Shown: piece after piece, positions 49,536-63,345 of the stretch | Numbering within the stretch: the first letter of the stretch is position 1 | Layout: every line of letters begins with the position of its first letter | Assembly: GCF_009914755.1 (NCBI RefSeq) | Contig: NC_060932.1 | Direction: 5' to 3' (one strand) | Length of the DNA: 64,000 nucleotides | Source of the DNA: the human T2T-CHM13v2.0 reference genome, Homo sapiens | Notes under the pieces: model-generated | The model's database searches: none | What the model was told of the DNA's origin: nothing | What the model saw: the letters and a program-made list of their open reading frames with translations, nothing else | Translations under genes and position numbers: made by a program

Positions 49536-51586
49536 TTTTGTAAAAGTTGAATTGTACTATATAAATTAAACCTCAACATTTTCACTTTAAAATATTTTAA
49601 AACTGCAAAAAAATTAGGTAGCTATAAAAAGGAATAATAAAAAGGAAGAATATTCTCTTAGTAATTAAAAAAAGATTGTAGAAATGTTGATAAAACAGAA
49701 CTGATATTGATGAAAATTGCATTTGTAGTTATATAAATTAGAAAACCAATTAATTCTCTCTCAAAAAAAAAGGAAAGCACAGAGATGACTAGAATGTGAC
49801 AAAATCTAAGAAAGAATAGAATTTAGATATTTAAGATAAGTATTGTGGAAGTTTTAGGGGAACAAAAGTGAAGGGAGAAGAAATAATCAAAGAAGTATGG
49901 TGAATACCTAAACTTTTCAAATCAAAAGACACAACAAGTACTGGTCTTGTTTTATTTAAGGAAAGAACATACATATGCTCAAATGCACCTGTTGTAAAAT
50001 TAAAAATAACTACTGGTAACATATCAATAGAAGAAAAAGTGAACGTAAAACTTGATAAAGTTTTATGCTGTAAAATAAGAAAAGGAAAAAATGGGGGAAT
50101 ACTAAGAAAGCCTAATAAACACAGTGCATTAAATAAAGTTTAATAAGAAAGACAAGTATATCAATGATTGATAATATATTTGCTGAAACTAAATTTTACT
50201 ACTACAAAATAAACATTTTAAACTAAGTTTAAAACAGAAAAAAAATCTAGCTATATGGCACTATGGGAGATACACTATTAAAATAATGTAAAGGAGGGTA
50301 AGTTTTTTTATGTGTTTGAAATTTGCGAACTGTTACTGATACAAGTAAAAACATTAAAATATATACAGAGGATTTAAATAAAGCATTTAACAAGATATAT
50401 TATTATTTGGTTTCCCTTAAAGAAGGCATGATATTTTCAAATAACCATAGACTATTTAGAATCAGGCAGTAGCTCATAAATAAAATTTTAATTACATAAG
50501 AAAAAAATAGATATTTTAGAGACCACCAAATCTGACCAAAACATAGTACAAACAACAATGAAACCATTTAAAACCAACTTTAAGATATCCAATCAAAAAA
50601 TCTAACAACTAGGAAATTTTAAGACAATTTCTTAGGTTAAAGAATAAGCCATGATTGAAATGTCATGTATTTAGAAACTACCTGCAATGTGAAAAAGGTA
50701 ACAAATACAACCTCTATAGACCTAAACCCCTTTGTTAACAAACAAAAATTATTTAAAATGAATCTTCTATAAATCATGTATAAAATGATGCTTTTCTGCA
50801 TGTTCAATGCTATGTTTTCCTGTTACTCTCTCATACAGAATATTTCTACAGTCCTCTGCTGTTATGTCTTTATGTTTTCATTAATTTTCTTTGAGTAAGA
50901 AGAGAGCCAGGCCTGGAGTTTTCTGAAAGACAGGACTTCTGGGTTGTTAAAATTCTTCTCCTAAAATCATACACAGAATAGAGGTTGACAAATATAACCC
51001 GGTCCAATTTCTTGTTTGTAGCAGACAGTCATCCAGAAGCTCCTGGACTTCAGTGGATTCTTTGGTTCTGATGTTAAAATACTTCAGCTGTTCTTAAGAG
51101 GCAGCGAGTAAAATCCTCCACTATAGAAAGATTACAAATAAAATAAATCTACTGGCCTGCCTTCTTTGGAAGGCCTCCAGTCATACACATTAGGAGATCT
51201 CCAGTCATACACATTATGCTTTTTATTTTGAAAATATGCATTCAATCATGTTTTCTTCTGCATTTATTGTTTCTGAATAGATTTCAAGAATAGATGGAAG
51301 GGCCTCAATTCTTACTAGTTCCCTACATAGATGCCATTCAAAAGAGGAAAGGCACTGAGGTTTTTGGCATAGACCCTAAGTCTGCCTGAATCAATGGCAT
51401 AGAGTAGTCTGTTAGAAGGCAGTTTTTTAACTTTCCACGTGTCTACACTTGTTTGGTTGCACTTAGGGAGTATGCATTAGCTAGAATGCTTTATTTTTAT
51501 GTTTTGTTTTGTTTTTACATCAAGCTTTTGGCAATGTAACAAAGACCATTTTCTAGGAATTTGGGAATGTTTGGCATTTGTAAGAA

Positions 51587-51861
51587 AATTTTATGTCTTG
51601 TATTTATACTGTATTCTTACAATGAAAGTAAGCTAGAAAAATATTATTAAGAAAATAATGTGGAATAGAAAATATATTTACTATTCATTAACTGTAAGTA
51701 GACTATTATAAAGGTCTTCATTGTCATTTCCACGTTAAGTAGGCTGAGGAGGAGAAAGAAAAGAAGGGGGTCTCACTGTCTCAGGGGTAATAGAGGCACA
51801 ATAACATTTGATTATAAGTGGACTTGCACGGTTTAAACCAATGTTGTTCAATGGTCAACTA
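51587..51861 (+). mobile_element. Tigger2a (MER28) 3' half
   Basis: tatactgtattcttacaatgaaagtaagctag...taggctgaggagg...tgttgttcaatggtcaact then TA. Confidence 0.8.
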
Positions 51862-52519
51862 TATCTATGTCTGTTTACATTTGCTTCAAAATCTGTAAAA
51901 TTACTTATTTCAATAGCACATGTTTATTTTTAAAGTAAACAATGCATTAGACCAAATAATATCTCACAATTCCAAATTGTATTTATTGTTGATTTAAAAA
52001 TACTAAATAATATTTAATCTCTCTACTTCTCTAGATCACTGACTGCAAAGTCCATACCCTACAGCTGTAAGATAATTTAAATGAGTAAAATTACTTAGGG
52101 AATATTGGGTACTGTAGTAAAACAGAACTCACATGGTCCTTGTGAAATAGGAATTGTTGCTACTCAACTCATGATGTTACACAACAATGAGGTCTAGTGT
52201 TGCAAGACCTTTGAAGCTGGAAGTCCAGAAATAAAATTAAAATCTGAAGTTTAAATGCCAGACATTTTTTCAACTTTAAAAAAATATTTTATAGATGAAA
52301 CAAAAAGCATTTGGACAAGATTTGACCTATGGCCCAACAGATTACAACCACCGTAGACAGTCTATACCAAATATCTAACAAATTTATCATAAGAAGACCT
52401 GAACATATAAACCTTATTTTAACTACGTAGAAATATACTTAGTGAATTGCGTTGTATTTTTACCATCAGATTTTACAAAGAGTTGATATTTGCAAAGTGT
52501 AACGTGTATTCAATAATCT

Positions 52520-54035
52520 TCCACCAAATTGTTAAGATAGGTTCAATATCTGATGATTAATCAGTGCAGTTCACTGTATTAATAGACTAAATAAGACCAT
52601 AACAGGAAATGTCCATGAACATATCAACATAGAAAATATATTAGGTAAAATGCATTCATAATACAAATGCTCAGCAAGCTAAATATAGAAGAGGACATTT
52701 CTCAGTCTGAAAAAAGGTGCGTACGGAAAATCTGCAGCTAACATTACATTTCCTGATGAAAGACCAAATTATTTCCCCCAATAACCAGAAAAAATGCAAT
52801 GAATGTGTTTTGCCTAATCCACTTTCAGCACTCCTATTTAACATCTTACTTGAAATTTTAGCTAGTGCAATAAGGCAAGAAAAAGATTATTATTTAATCA
52901 TAATTGGCAATTAATGTATGTAAAACTGATAAAACACAAGAGAAAATCTTTGAAAACTTGAGATAGGCGAAAGTTCATAGAAATAATATCAAGTTCTTAC
53001 AAGAAAGAAAAAAGAGAGAGAGAGAAATTAGACTTCATCAAAATGTAAATACTTTTGCTAAATACACTGTTAGGGAATCAAAAGCCAACCCACTCAAAGA
53101 CTAGAATAGATTATTTACAAATAATATACTTGGCAAAGGGCTTATATCCAGAATATATTTTAAAATGTTCTCAAAACTCAACCATAAGAAAACAAGGAAG
53201 CTATTTAAAAAGTGGACAAAGTCTGAACTAACACTTCATCAAAAAAGCTATTCAGTTGGGAAATTAAGCACATGAATAAATAATCAACCTTATTAGCCAT
53301 TAGGGAAATGCAAATCAAAACCACAAACAGCACTACACATTATTACAATGTATAAGAAAAATAAAACCTGACAATGCCAAATTATGGCAAGAATACAGAA
53401 TAACATAAACTCTCATTTCTTTCTAGTGGGAATGCAAAATGGTACAGCCACTCTCCAGAAAATAGTTTGGTGGTTTCTTATAAAATTAAACATACACTTA
53501 CTATAGCACATAGCTACCCTACTCCTAGATATTTACCCTATATAATTACAAATGTATATTTATACTAAATCTTTTATTGAATATTTATATCACTCATACA
53601 TCATTCATACATCGTTCATAACCACCAAAATTAGAAACAACTTAATGCACTTCACTGTGTGTATGGATAAACAAAATGAGGTATCAATACAATGAAATTT
53701 GAGCAAGCAATGAAAAGGAATGAGCTATTGATACATGCAATGATGTGAATGGATATTAAATGCATTATGCTAACAGAAAGAATCCAGTCTGGAAAATTTG
53801 TTTATTGCACAATTCCATTAAGTTAAGATTCTAGAAGTGGTGAAACTATGGGCACAAAAAACAGAAGTGTGGTTGACAGGATTAGGGGTGCAGGAGGGTT
53901 TGACTACAAAGGGAAAGCACCATGGAATTTAACGTGATGATGGGACCTTTCTGATCCTGGTTGGTTGTGGTGGTGGTTATATGAATCTATGTATGTGTTA
54001 AAAATCATAGAACTGCACACTAAAACCACAAATTT
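52520..54035 (+). mobile_element. L1MD/ME-type LINE-1 fragment (ORF2 end and 3'UTR)
   Basis: gccattagggaaatgcaaatcaaaaccac; ggtggttatatgaatctatgtatgtgttaaaaatcatagaactg. Confidence 0.7.
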
Positions 54036-55075
54036 TTTTATTTCTATAGTATACTACGTAGTATATGCATACTATACTATATATACTATATATATGTTAA
54101 TGTGGTAGTATACTATATATATTAATGTGGTAGTATAATATACTATATTAATATGCTATAAATTTATATACAATCATAAGTAAATTAAAGTAAATCTAAT
54201 TACCAAATAGCTGTCCAGAATAGAGTAGTATTCTTAGCAGTTTTACGAAAGCTTAGACACTTTCTATGTATTACTAAACATTTTTATCTTAGACCAAATT
54301 CTCAAATCTAATAATTCTAACCTAAGATGGAAAGTTATAAATGCGCAATAAATAGAATAAAATTCAGTTTTAAAACCCTGGAAGTAAAATATCGCAGGCA
54401 AAAATCAGAGAGATTAAAATACACATGTAGAGAGATTCTTGGTGTCAGTTTGTATGGTAGGACTATCCTAAAGGTATAGCCACTTCTTCTCTAATATGAC
54501 AAAAGACTTTTATAGATGTACTCCTGATACTATTAGAAAGAACGACATTTTATGTTTTTTTGTCTCCTACTTTTAGTGCCTATGAATTATAATGGTAGAG
54601 CTGTCAAACAGATGATATGATAGGTTTTTATCCAGCACATCTTTACAAAGTATGTAATTTTTCCTCATACGCGATCTCAGACCGTGCATCTATTTGATTT
54701 ACAGTAGTGAGCTTCATGGCAGGCTGAATTAAAGCAACTGTACTCCCAATCTGTTCAGATTGGAAATGTGTCAAGAGAGTCTTTGGTGGGTTACTGACAA
54801 TTTGCCAAATTTGCTCCAAGCTGACAAGTAATGGCTTAGCTTTCTTGAATGGCTCTCTTAGAGTTGTGCATAATGTAATATGGTTACACTCACAGACACA
54901 CACACACACACATTTTGATTTTGGTAATAAAACTTATGCAGTTAAACTTTCAAAGTTTGTTTATGTTAATCAGTGGTTACCAATATATGCTTTATAGACC
55001 CCTTGGTGATGGGGGGGATGTCACAAAATTACCACAAGAGTTCTAACAGTGTGGATATACACCAACCAGAATTCT

Positions 55076-55243
55076 TGCAGTGCAGTGGCGCAATCTTGGC
55101 TCACTGCAACTTCTGCCTTGCAGGTTCAAGCCATTCTCATGCCTCAGCCTCCCGAGTAGCTGGGACTACAGGTGTGTGCCACCATGCCCAGCTAATTTTT
55201 GTGTTTTTAGTAGAGATGGGGTTTTGCTATGTTGTTCAGTCTG
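55076..55243 (-). mobile_element. Alu fragment truncated at both ends (AluS-like)
   Basis: Right arm and linker only; no poly(T) and no 5' GGCC end. Confidence 0.85.
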
Positions 55244-57414
55244 TGAGGACACATTTTCAAATGCATTTGACAAATTATGTGGCATATAATGACAAAGTAC
55301 ACAAATCTTAATCATTAATCAATTCATAATAGCTTTTTATTGTTACATATTTTCCCTAGTAATGAATACTAAAATTGTAATTCCATTATTGTAAGGGTGA
55401 AGAAAATATTTTATTTTCAAGGGAGTCATCATGTGTACATTCAGAACCACCAGTGTAGGCATGTAAATCATGACAGGCATAATTATATTTTTTCAATTTT
55501 TTGCTGCTTTACAACACAATCAGCTGAGAAACATGCAACATCTTTGAGAGAAGTTAATGCTAGTGTTGATATAGGACCTTTTAAAAGATCTATTTTGAAA
55601 TTTTATTGGATTCCTTTTTAAAAATACTGCTTAACACAAACAGGGAAAACTCACTATTACTAGCTGTAAGAACATTAGATACCAGGATCAGCATAACAAA
55701 GTAACAGTTACTCTACTGCAGGAAATAGGGACAGGTGGTCCCTGCAGAAAACATGAACACCACCACACCAAAGAGCTCTCCCCGTCACGTTCCCCTGGTT
55801 TCTTCGCTCTTGCTTCATTCTCTCTCAGCGACTTTTATTTTGTACCAACTGCAGAATTAGAAATATATTTCCTATTTGAAAATACATTTCAGGTGTGTTT
55901 TCCATGATTTGCTGGAACTAGTGCAACCCATTCAGAGCCTTTTAGGAGATTACTCTATGAAAAATATTCCCTGAGCAATATGGATGCTTCTGTTTGGCCA
56001 GAGTAAAACTGATTTTACTTGAATCCAAACAATTGATCACATTAATGTCTGGCTAACTGCTCTGAGCCAATGCCCATTTGGTTAGCCTTCTTAATAACAG
56101 TTCACAACCAATTTAATGGGCAGCTTTTCTGACCTATTGGATGGACTACTGTACTCATGGGGGTGTTATAAGTATTACCTTCATTGCTCTAGCTAATTGG
56201 TATCAATGATTGAGATGACAAAACATCATCACAGCAAATGCAAAATGTTCTATTAGAAAGTTAATAAGGTAGAATAATCTGAATGAGAAAATAAATGTGT
56301 TCATATTTTCTTAGTTGCAGGCTCTTGATAATAAAATGAGAGGTATTTACTTAAGAAAGTAGTGAGGAGCTTCATATTCCGGCAGTCTGAGCTTCATTCT
56401 GGGTTACCTTGGCCTGAAAATACACTGAACATCTTTGAGATCTGATACCTGACTTCAGTGTCTTGTCAGTAATAAGGAGTGGTACAGGCTATGGGAACAC
56501 CACATGCAAGAATGAAAACCACTAAAGCCCCAGTCTGGTTTTGCTAGTTGAGAATTTGGGCTTTAGGTTTTATGTAAAATATCCACATTTTAATTGCTGG
56601 AAATGTATACTAATGTATGGGTCAGTACTTTATTGACTCAACAAAGCACAGCAGTCAGCTAGACCTGCCCCATTGACCATGGTGTTTAACAGTGGGTTAA
56701 GGCCCATGGGAGGATTTAGCTACATGTTTTGAGAGAGGGAAGTGATAGAGATGCCATGGATTTTGAAAGATGAAGGAAAGAAAAGTGGGTACTTCAAGTT
56801 TCACAGGTGGAAGAAGACTAGTTCCCTCTCAAATACAGGGACATAGAAATAAAATGCCTTGTGTGGGAATAGCTACATTGGCACACAGAAGCATGTTCCA
56901 TCTACTAGCTTCTGCTCTGGGTGCTTCATGGCACTGAACATCACTGCTGGCTATGAGCACTAAAATAGTGCCTGACTGATGGGGGGCTAAGGGTGACAAT
57001 GATAAAGGTTGGACAAAGGAATCCATTGTGGGCAGCAAAACATATTCCTTTTTCATTTCTCTGGGTCTTGTATGATGCAGTGTAAGAGGGGAAGTTCCAA
57101 TAATGATAATATTGAAGTTCCACAAACTTCAGCAAGAGTAAGGGCTCAGCCAGATCAAATTAAATCAGAATATTTTAAAAGAAATACAACATACCTTTCA
57201 CATAAAGTGCAGTTACAATAACGAGAAAACTTAGAGGGTATACAATATGAAAAATATGAGCTCAATTTAAGAGAAGAAGGAGACTGAATCATAATTCTAA
57301 GAAGAATTAAAGCCCAAGAGGCTTATTTCCAACTTCCCTCAGACTGGAAATCTCTTGATCACATGTCACTGGTCTTTGACCACTGGAATCAAGTAATTTT
57401 CTCTTTACAATGTT

Positions 57415-57640
57415 TTACTTAGTGTAGTGTTTGCAAGCATAAGGGTTAGAGTTAGACAGCCTAGACTTGATTCTTGCCTTTCGACTCTGTTACTTGTGAA
57501 TTTAAACAAGTTACTTAACTTCTGCCAAATGAAGATAACAGTAGTACCAAGAGTACTCAGTGCTGTGCAGATTAAATGACTGTCGAAAGAGTACCTAGCA
57601 TGGTGGCACAGAGTGAGCATTCAGTAAATCTAACTATTCT
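57415..57640 (+). mobile_element. MIR SINE
   Basis: gagttagacagcctagacttg...aacaagttacttaacttct...ggcacagagtgagcattcagtaaat. Confidence 0.75.
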
Positions 57641-59599
57641 GAAGACCGCTATCATCATTATTTCCATTACCATTAGTCAGGCTTTAAGCCTTTATCACCT
57701 AGGAAATCACAAAATTCTAACATCTCCCTGCCTCAGTTGGAGTTCTCTGGTATTTTCCTCATATCAACCTAGAGGGAGGCCCTTAAAATAAGGTTTTTAT
57801 CATTTTCCCCAGTATCTTAAAGACCTTCACTATCTCTCCATTACCTACATAATCACTTTTTAAAATTTATGTATATTTGTAGCTTACACTTAGCTCTTTA
57901 ACTATGTTTCCTTGCCTGTATCTTAAGTGAATGGTCTCCTAGGTATTAGTCTTGCCCTTCACACTTCTGTTTAAGTACTTCAATGATTAAAATATTTGGT
58001 GGCCTACTGATAAATTCAAATACTTCTTTCAGGAAAAAAAGTTGAGAAAGAGACAACATTTGCTCCACATATATCTGTGGCCAGCATGGTGAAGAAACTT
58101 TCACAAATATTGTCCCTATGGTCTTATTTAGCCTTCACACAACATAATTCTGTTTGGAAATGGAACCCTGGGTGTTTTGAACTCTTGATGATGATGGACT
58201 TAAAAGAAAATGGATTAAGCATCAGCAGCATAGTATGCCTTGGGCTATTGATGTCTTAAATATGGTGTTACTTGATACTGAAAAACACAAGGTTTGGGAA
58301 ATAAAGGACAATGCAACCATTATGTGGTTATCTTAGAACATGAAGCCAGACCATATTGTTATGGATAGGACTGTGGTATATCTAGTGAATATTGCAATCA
58401 GGTGGCAGGAAAGGTAAGCGGACCTTAGTTGAGCAAGTTAAAAAACTTGTCTTCCTTATAAAAAGGAGATCAATCTTGCTCAGACTCTAAGGTTCTGAGA
58501 TGCTTCCAATGAGGGCAGAACACAGATATAGATCACAGGTAAAGCAAGGAGCAAATCTAGAAAAAATGTGAGGATTTGCCCTAAGCAATTATTATTTTCT
58601 TTGTGGTATTTTCCTTCTAGTGTCTGTATGGTTTTCACTAAAGTCTACTAAATTTGCTGCTTGATCTCTGCTGAGCTGTGTGAAATTGAACAGGGCACTA
58701 GTCTCTTTGGCTACCTGGTAGAGCCCATTTATAGCTAACCCACTCCCATGAACCTCAGTGCCAGGAAACAGCTGATGTGCTTTACATCACACTATATTTG
58801 CTTTACCAAATTTTTTTATAAATGGAATAATACAGAAGGTAGTCTTTTTGTTTTTGATTCCCACTTAATGTTTGCTGGTATTCTTTATGTTATCCCACAG
58901 GTCTCTGAATTTATGTGAAATTTTCATCAATCGTGTTAATACCTTTTGGTAATTATTATGTCTGGGAATTTATATTAGCTGATTCATTGTTGTCATGCTT
59001 GCCTTTAACTCTTCAAATATGATTTTGCTTTACTTCTTTGAACATATTTATAACAGTTGCTTTGAATTATTTTTCTGATACATTGAGATTCTAGGGACAA
59101 TCAAAATTAGTGCATTGACTGCTTTTATTTTACACCCAGGATGGGTTACACTTTCTTGCTTTTTGTGAGTGCCTTGTAATTTTTGGTTAAAAGCTGGGCA
59201 TTTAAGGTCATATAATTTAACTTCTCTGAAGTCTCATTCCCCCTGCTCCAACATTTGTTGTTGCTGTTTTTTGTTTGTTCATCTGTTTACTAACTCTCGT
59301 GGTCTAAATATATGAAATCATTTGACAACACAAGACAATGTTACAAATTTGGCTTTAAACGTTTGTATAATATATAAAGAAATTATAATTCTAAAGGAAT
59401 TATGAGGGGGAAAACAGCTTTTTGATTTTATACTTGATATATATCACTTTGATGCTCCCTGTCCTTTTCTGTGGAACTGGAATAATTTCTTATCATAATG
59501 AAGAACTTCTTTAGTATTTCCTGTAGTACAGTCAACTAGTGACAAATTCTTAGTCTTCTTTTGTTACGCTCCCAAGAAGTCTGACTGAGAGGAGGAGCA

Positions 59600-60105
59600 A
59601 GTAAAGAATCATAAATAACACTTAATGAAATTCAACTTCAGGAAGAGCTAGAGCAAGAGCAGAGTTACAAATAAACAAAGGAAGAACACTTAAGGATATC
59701 TAAAACAACACTAAAAAGACTCCTCACAGGTGAACACTATGGGTTTTGAATTAAAAATTCTAGTATATAAATTCAAGTAAAGTTGGTCTCTGATGAATTA
59801 ATGGCCTGGAAAATCAAGTGCAGGAAATATCTCTAAGTATAGAGCAAAATGATACAAAAAATCACTTAGAAAAGGATTAAAAACTTAGAGATGGATCTAG
59901 GAGATCTAACATAAGAAAAAGTGCTCCAGAAGGAGAAAAATGAATAGATATAAGAGGGGCAATCAAAAAACTATATATACATACAAAAAAATTCATTCAG
60001 CAAATAAGAGATCTGTTTCTAAAGATTAAGGAATACTGTGTTTTAATACCAAAATAATAACAAAAGCCAACCACTAAGAAGTATTTTGGTAAAAATACAC
60101 AAACA

Positions 60106-60144
<39 letters not shown>

Positions 60145-60540
60145 CTGACAGAACAAATCATCCCCCTCTTTCCCAACAGCAAACTGCCTTTGGGATGTTT
60201 GTTGGTAACTATGAAAGTTGGAAGCCAGTGGAATAGCATCAACAGACTAGTGAAATAAAAAGAGTCTTATTTCAGAATCCTGTGTTCAACCAAGATATTA
60301 TTCACTTGACAGACTGTTTTTTATTTTAGATCAAGAATATTCAAGAACTTAGCATATTACCCAAGTGGCCACCAAAAGAAAAATATTTGAAAAAGATTCT
60401 AACAGCATATGAGGCTATAAATCAGGGACCTTGGGAAGACAGCAGATCCTGGGAAGAGAACACGGTGGTGAGCAATCACTAAGCATGCATTTAATGATAA
60501 GTACAGACCATCTGGAAATATATAATATGAGTTTAGGAAA
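59600..60540 (+). mobile_element. HAL1/L1M ORF1-like remnant containing (CA)n at ~60097-60140
   Basis: atggatctaggagatctaacataag...ccagaaggagaaaa; gaagccagtggaatagcatc motifs. Confidence 0.5.
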
Positions 60541-60546
60541 AACTAT

Positions 60547-60822
60547 GGAGGCCAAGGCGAGCAGATCACAAGGTCAGGAGATCGAGACCATCCTGGATAA
60601 CACAGTGAAACCCCGTATCTACTAAAAATACAAAAAAATTAGCCGGGCGTGATGGTGGGTGCCTGTAGTCCCAGCTACTCAGGACGCTGAGGCAGGAGAA
60701 TGGCCTGAACCCCGGAGGCGGAGCTTGCAGTGAGCCCAGATCTCACCACTGCACTACAGCCTGGGTGACAGAGCAAGACTCCGTCTCAAAAAAAAAAAAA
60801 AAAAAAAAGAATAAAGAAAAAA
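60547..60822 (+). mobile_element. AluY, 5'-truncated
   Basis: gagatcgagaccatcctgg and gagcttgcagtgag diagnostics; TSD-like gaaaaact(a/g)t. Confidence 0.9.
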
Positions 60823-61304
60823 AGAAAAACTGTTGAAACAGAAGAGGTGTACATCAAAGTAAATTCTGTTAAGTTCAAAATTATCCCACCAAATCATATA
60901 AATGGAGATGGAGAAAAAAACAGAAAAAGTTTTCTAAATTTCTCACTGAAGGGAGGGAAAAAGTAAGAGAGAAGAATGCAAATTATGAGAGACATAATAT
61001 TCTATGTTATGAAAAAGACAGGAAAGAAGATAAAGATCGTTAGAAAAATGTACTGGGTGGTAGTTATTTAAAAATTATTTTAAAAGAGATTAATATCTAT
61101 TAAGTTTTCAAGGGTGAAAATGAAGTGAAGAACAAGTTGTCAAAGGAGTAAAATTAAGGGAAAAGGTAAAACAATCTAAAATTTAAAATCAACATAGAGT
61201 AGATGAAAATATCAGTTATAATACTTTTTTTACATTTTAATATTGTAGTTAGGATATGACCATAATCAATAAAGATAAAAATTTAAATTAATAATAAAAA
61301 GAAA

Positions 61305-61650
61305 TGGCTAAAAGATACAAAGTTTCAGTTATTCAAGATAAATAAGTTCTAGAGATCTACTATACAGCACAGTGCCTATAGCTAATGATATTATATTGTA
61401 TACTTAAAATTTGCTATGTTGGTCAATCTTATGTTAAGTGCTCTTACCACATATACACAAAAATACCACATCATCATCATCATAAAGGGGATGAGAGAGA
61501 ACTTTTAGAAAGTGATGCATATGATCATGGCCTTGATGGTGATGATTGTTTTGAACAGGTTTATACTACCTCCAAACTCCTTACAACACATTCTATTAAT
61601 AAATAAAGTTTTTTAAATGTCTATCATACCTTCAATAAAGTGATTTAAGA
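61305..61650 (+). mobile_element. L1MB-type 3' end
   Basis: tacaaagtttcagtta...ataagttctagagatcta...atcataccttcaataaagtg. Confidence 0.7.
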
Positions 61651-61779
61651 ACAAAATATAAACTTGACCTATAAATGAAACCTAATACATTTATTAAGTG
61701 TTTAAATGCATTTTCTATGTCATAATATAAATTTTAAAAATAACGAAAGTAATTGAAATATGTTAAATATTTTGAAATT

Positions 61780-63343
61780 AAAAATATTTTCCTAGATTAA
61801 ACAAGAAGTAAACAAAAAGTACTCATTATCTAGAAACCAATGGATAGAATACTTTGTCAAAAAGAAACTTATGGAATACAGTAAAAGTGGTGTATCAGGG
61901 AATAGTATGATTTTAAGTGCCTGTATTCATGCAGAAAAGAGAAGAAAATACTATAAAACAGATATCTTTGCAATCTTGATAAAGGAACAAAAGAGAGCAA
62001 AAATAGACTAGAAATGAGAAAGGAGATAAGGAACCACTAGAGATGACTACAGACATTACATTGGCAGAAATTTGAGACCTGAAGAAATTACATGCTTGCT
62101 TAACAACATTCTGCCAAAATATCGTAACTGATATTAGAACAAGTGGAGAATTTGTGGACATTAGAGAGATATAAAGTTAACATGAAAAAGGCCACTAGGC
62201 AAATGGTTCCGGAGTTGAGTTTTATCTAATCTTTAAAGAACAAATGACTCTAAGATTATTCAAATCAATAAAGAACAAAGTTCCACATGTGATTTATACA
62301 GCCATCATTACAAACAAACCTGAAAAGGAAAAACAAATATGACACTATGAATCAATCTTTTTATTACTAAGGTTATAAAAATTCAAAGGAAAAACTTAGT
62401 AAATGGAATCTTGCAATGTATTATAAGAATAATACACTATGAGCAAGCAGTTTCTCTTAAAGAATGCAAGGGTGGTTCAAGATCAGGAAATTCATCAATA
62501 TAATCAACTGAATTAATAAGTTAAAAGAGAAAAAGCATATCATGTGACAAAATGCAGTTATTAAATACTGCAGCCATTGCTAATAAAAAATTTAATAAAA
62601 AGAAATAAAAGAACAACTTACATATAATAAAAACTATCAAAAACTGAAGACAAATATCTAAAATGGGGGCACTACAATCATTTTAATTAAAATTAGAAAC
62701 TATTAAGAATTTCTACTATGATATTACTATCATTGTCTTTGAGGCTTTAGAGAATGCAATATACCAAAAAATATATAATATAAATACTTAAAAAGAAGAG
62801 CTACTTTTATTTCTTATTCCTGACGTTATTACGTACCTAGAAAGTCAAAAAATATTGAGAAAAAAGCAGAATTCTTAAGAGAATTTCATAATGTGAAAAA
62901 ACACAAGATAAATATCCCCAATTAATAGCTTTTATATACCCTGGCATAAAATTTTAAAAGTGAAAATGGAAAGGTATTCCATTTATAATAGATACCAAAA
63001 ACCTTCTATAATATTAAAAATATTAAGAATGTTGTTAATATTCAATAATTCAAATTTAATTAAATTAACAAAATTGATAATTGAAATGTAATATTAAATA
63101 TTAAAATATTCTTAAAATATTGATTAAAATATTAAATGATATATTTCCACAATTATATATAAGTTCAATGAAGTGTCAATGAGCATTTTCAGAGACTCAT
63201 TTGAAAATGTATAAAATGATAAAAGTTCACGGTGGATAATAAATATCTTAGAAAAGATAATAAAGTTATGAAGATAAAAAAATTGAGAGCGGACTTACTT
63301 ACCAGATATTGGAACGCACTATATGTTCATCACATCAGTGTGG
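61780..63343 (+). mobile_element. Ancient L1ME-type ORF2 remnant
   Basis: gaatgcaagggtggttcaagatcaggaaattcatcaatataat; ggacttacttaccagatatt. Confidence 0.55.
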
Positions 63344-63345
63344 TA

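Noticed and set aside
52195-52352. Possible hAT MITE (MER45/MER58-like end)
   Set aside because: Only a short degenerate terminal motif; cannot be assigned with confidence.
54043-54170. TA-rich palindromes (e.g. atactacgtagtat)
   Set aside because: Expected in low-complexity TA-derived sequence at an L1 tail.
54643-54909. 88-aa minus-strand ORF in unique DNA
   Set aside because: Starts within a (CA)n repeat at a non-ATG codon; no recognisable homology or clear splice signals.
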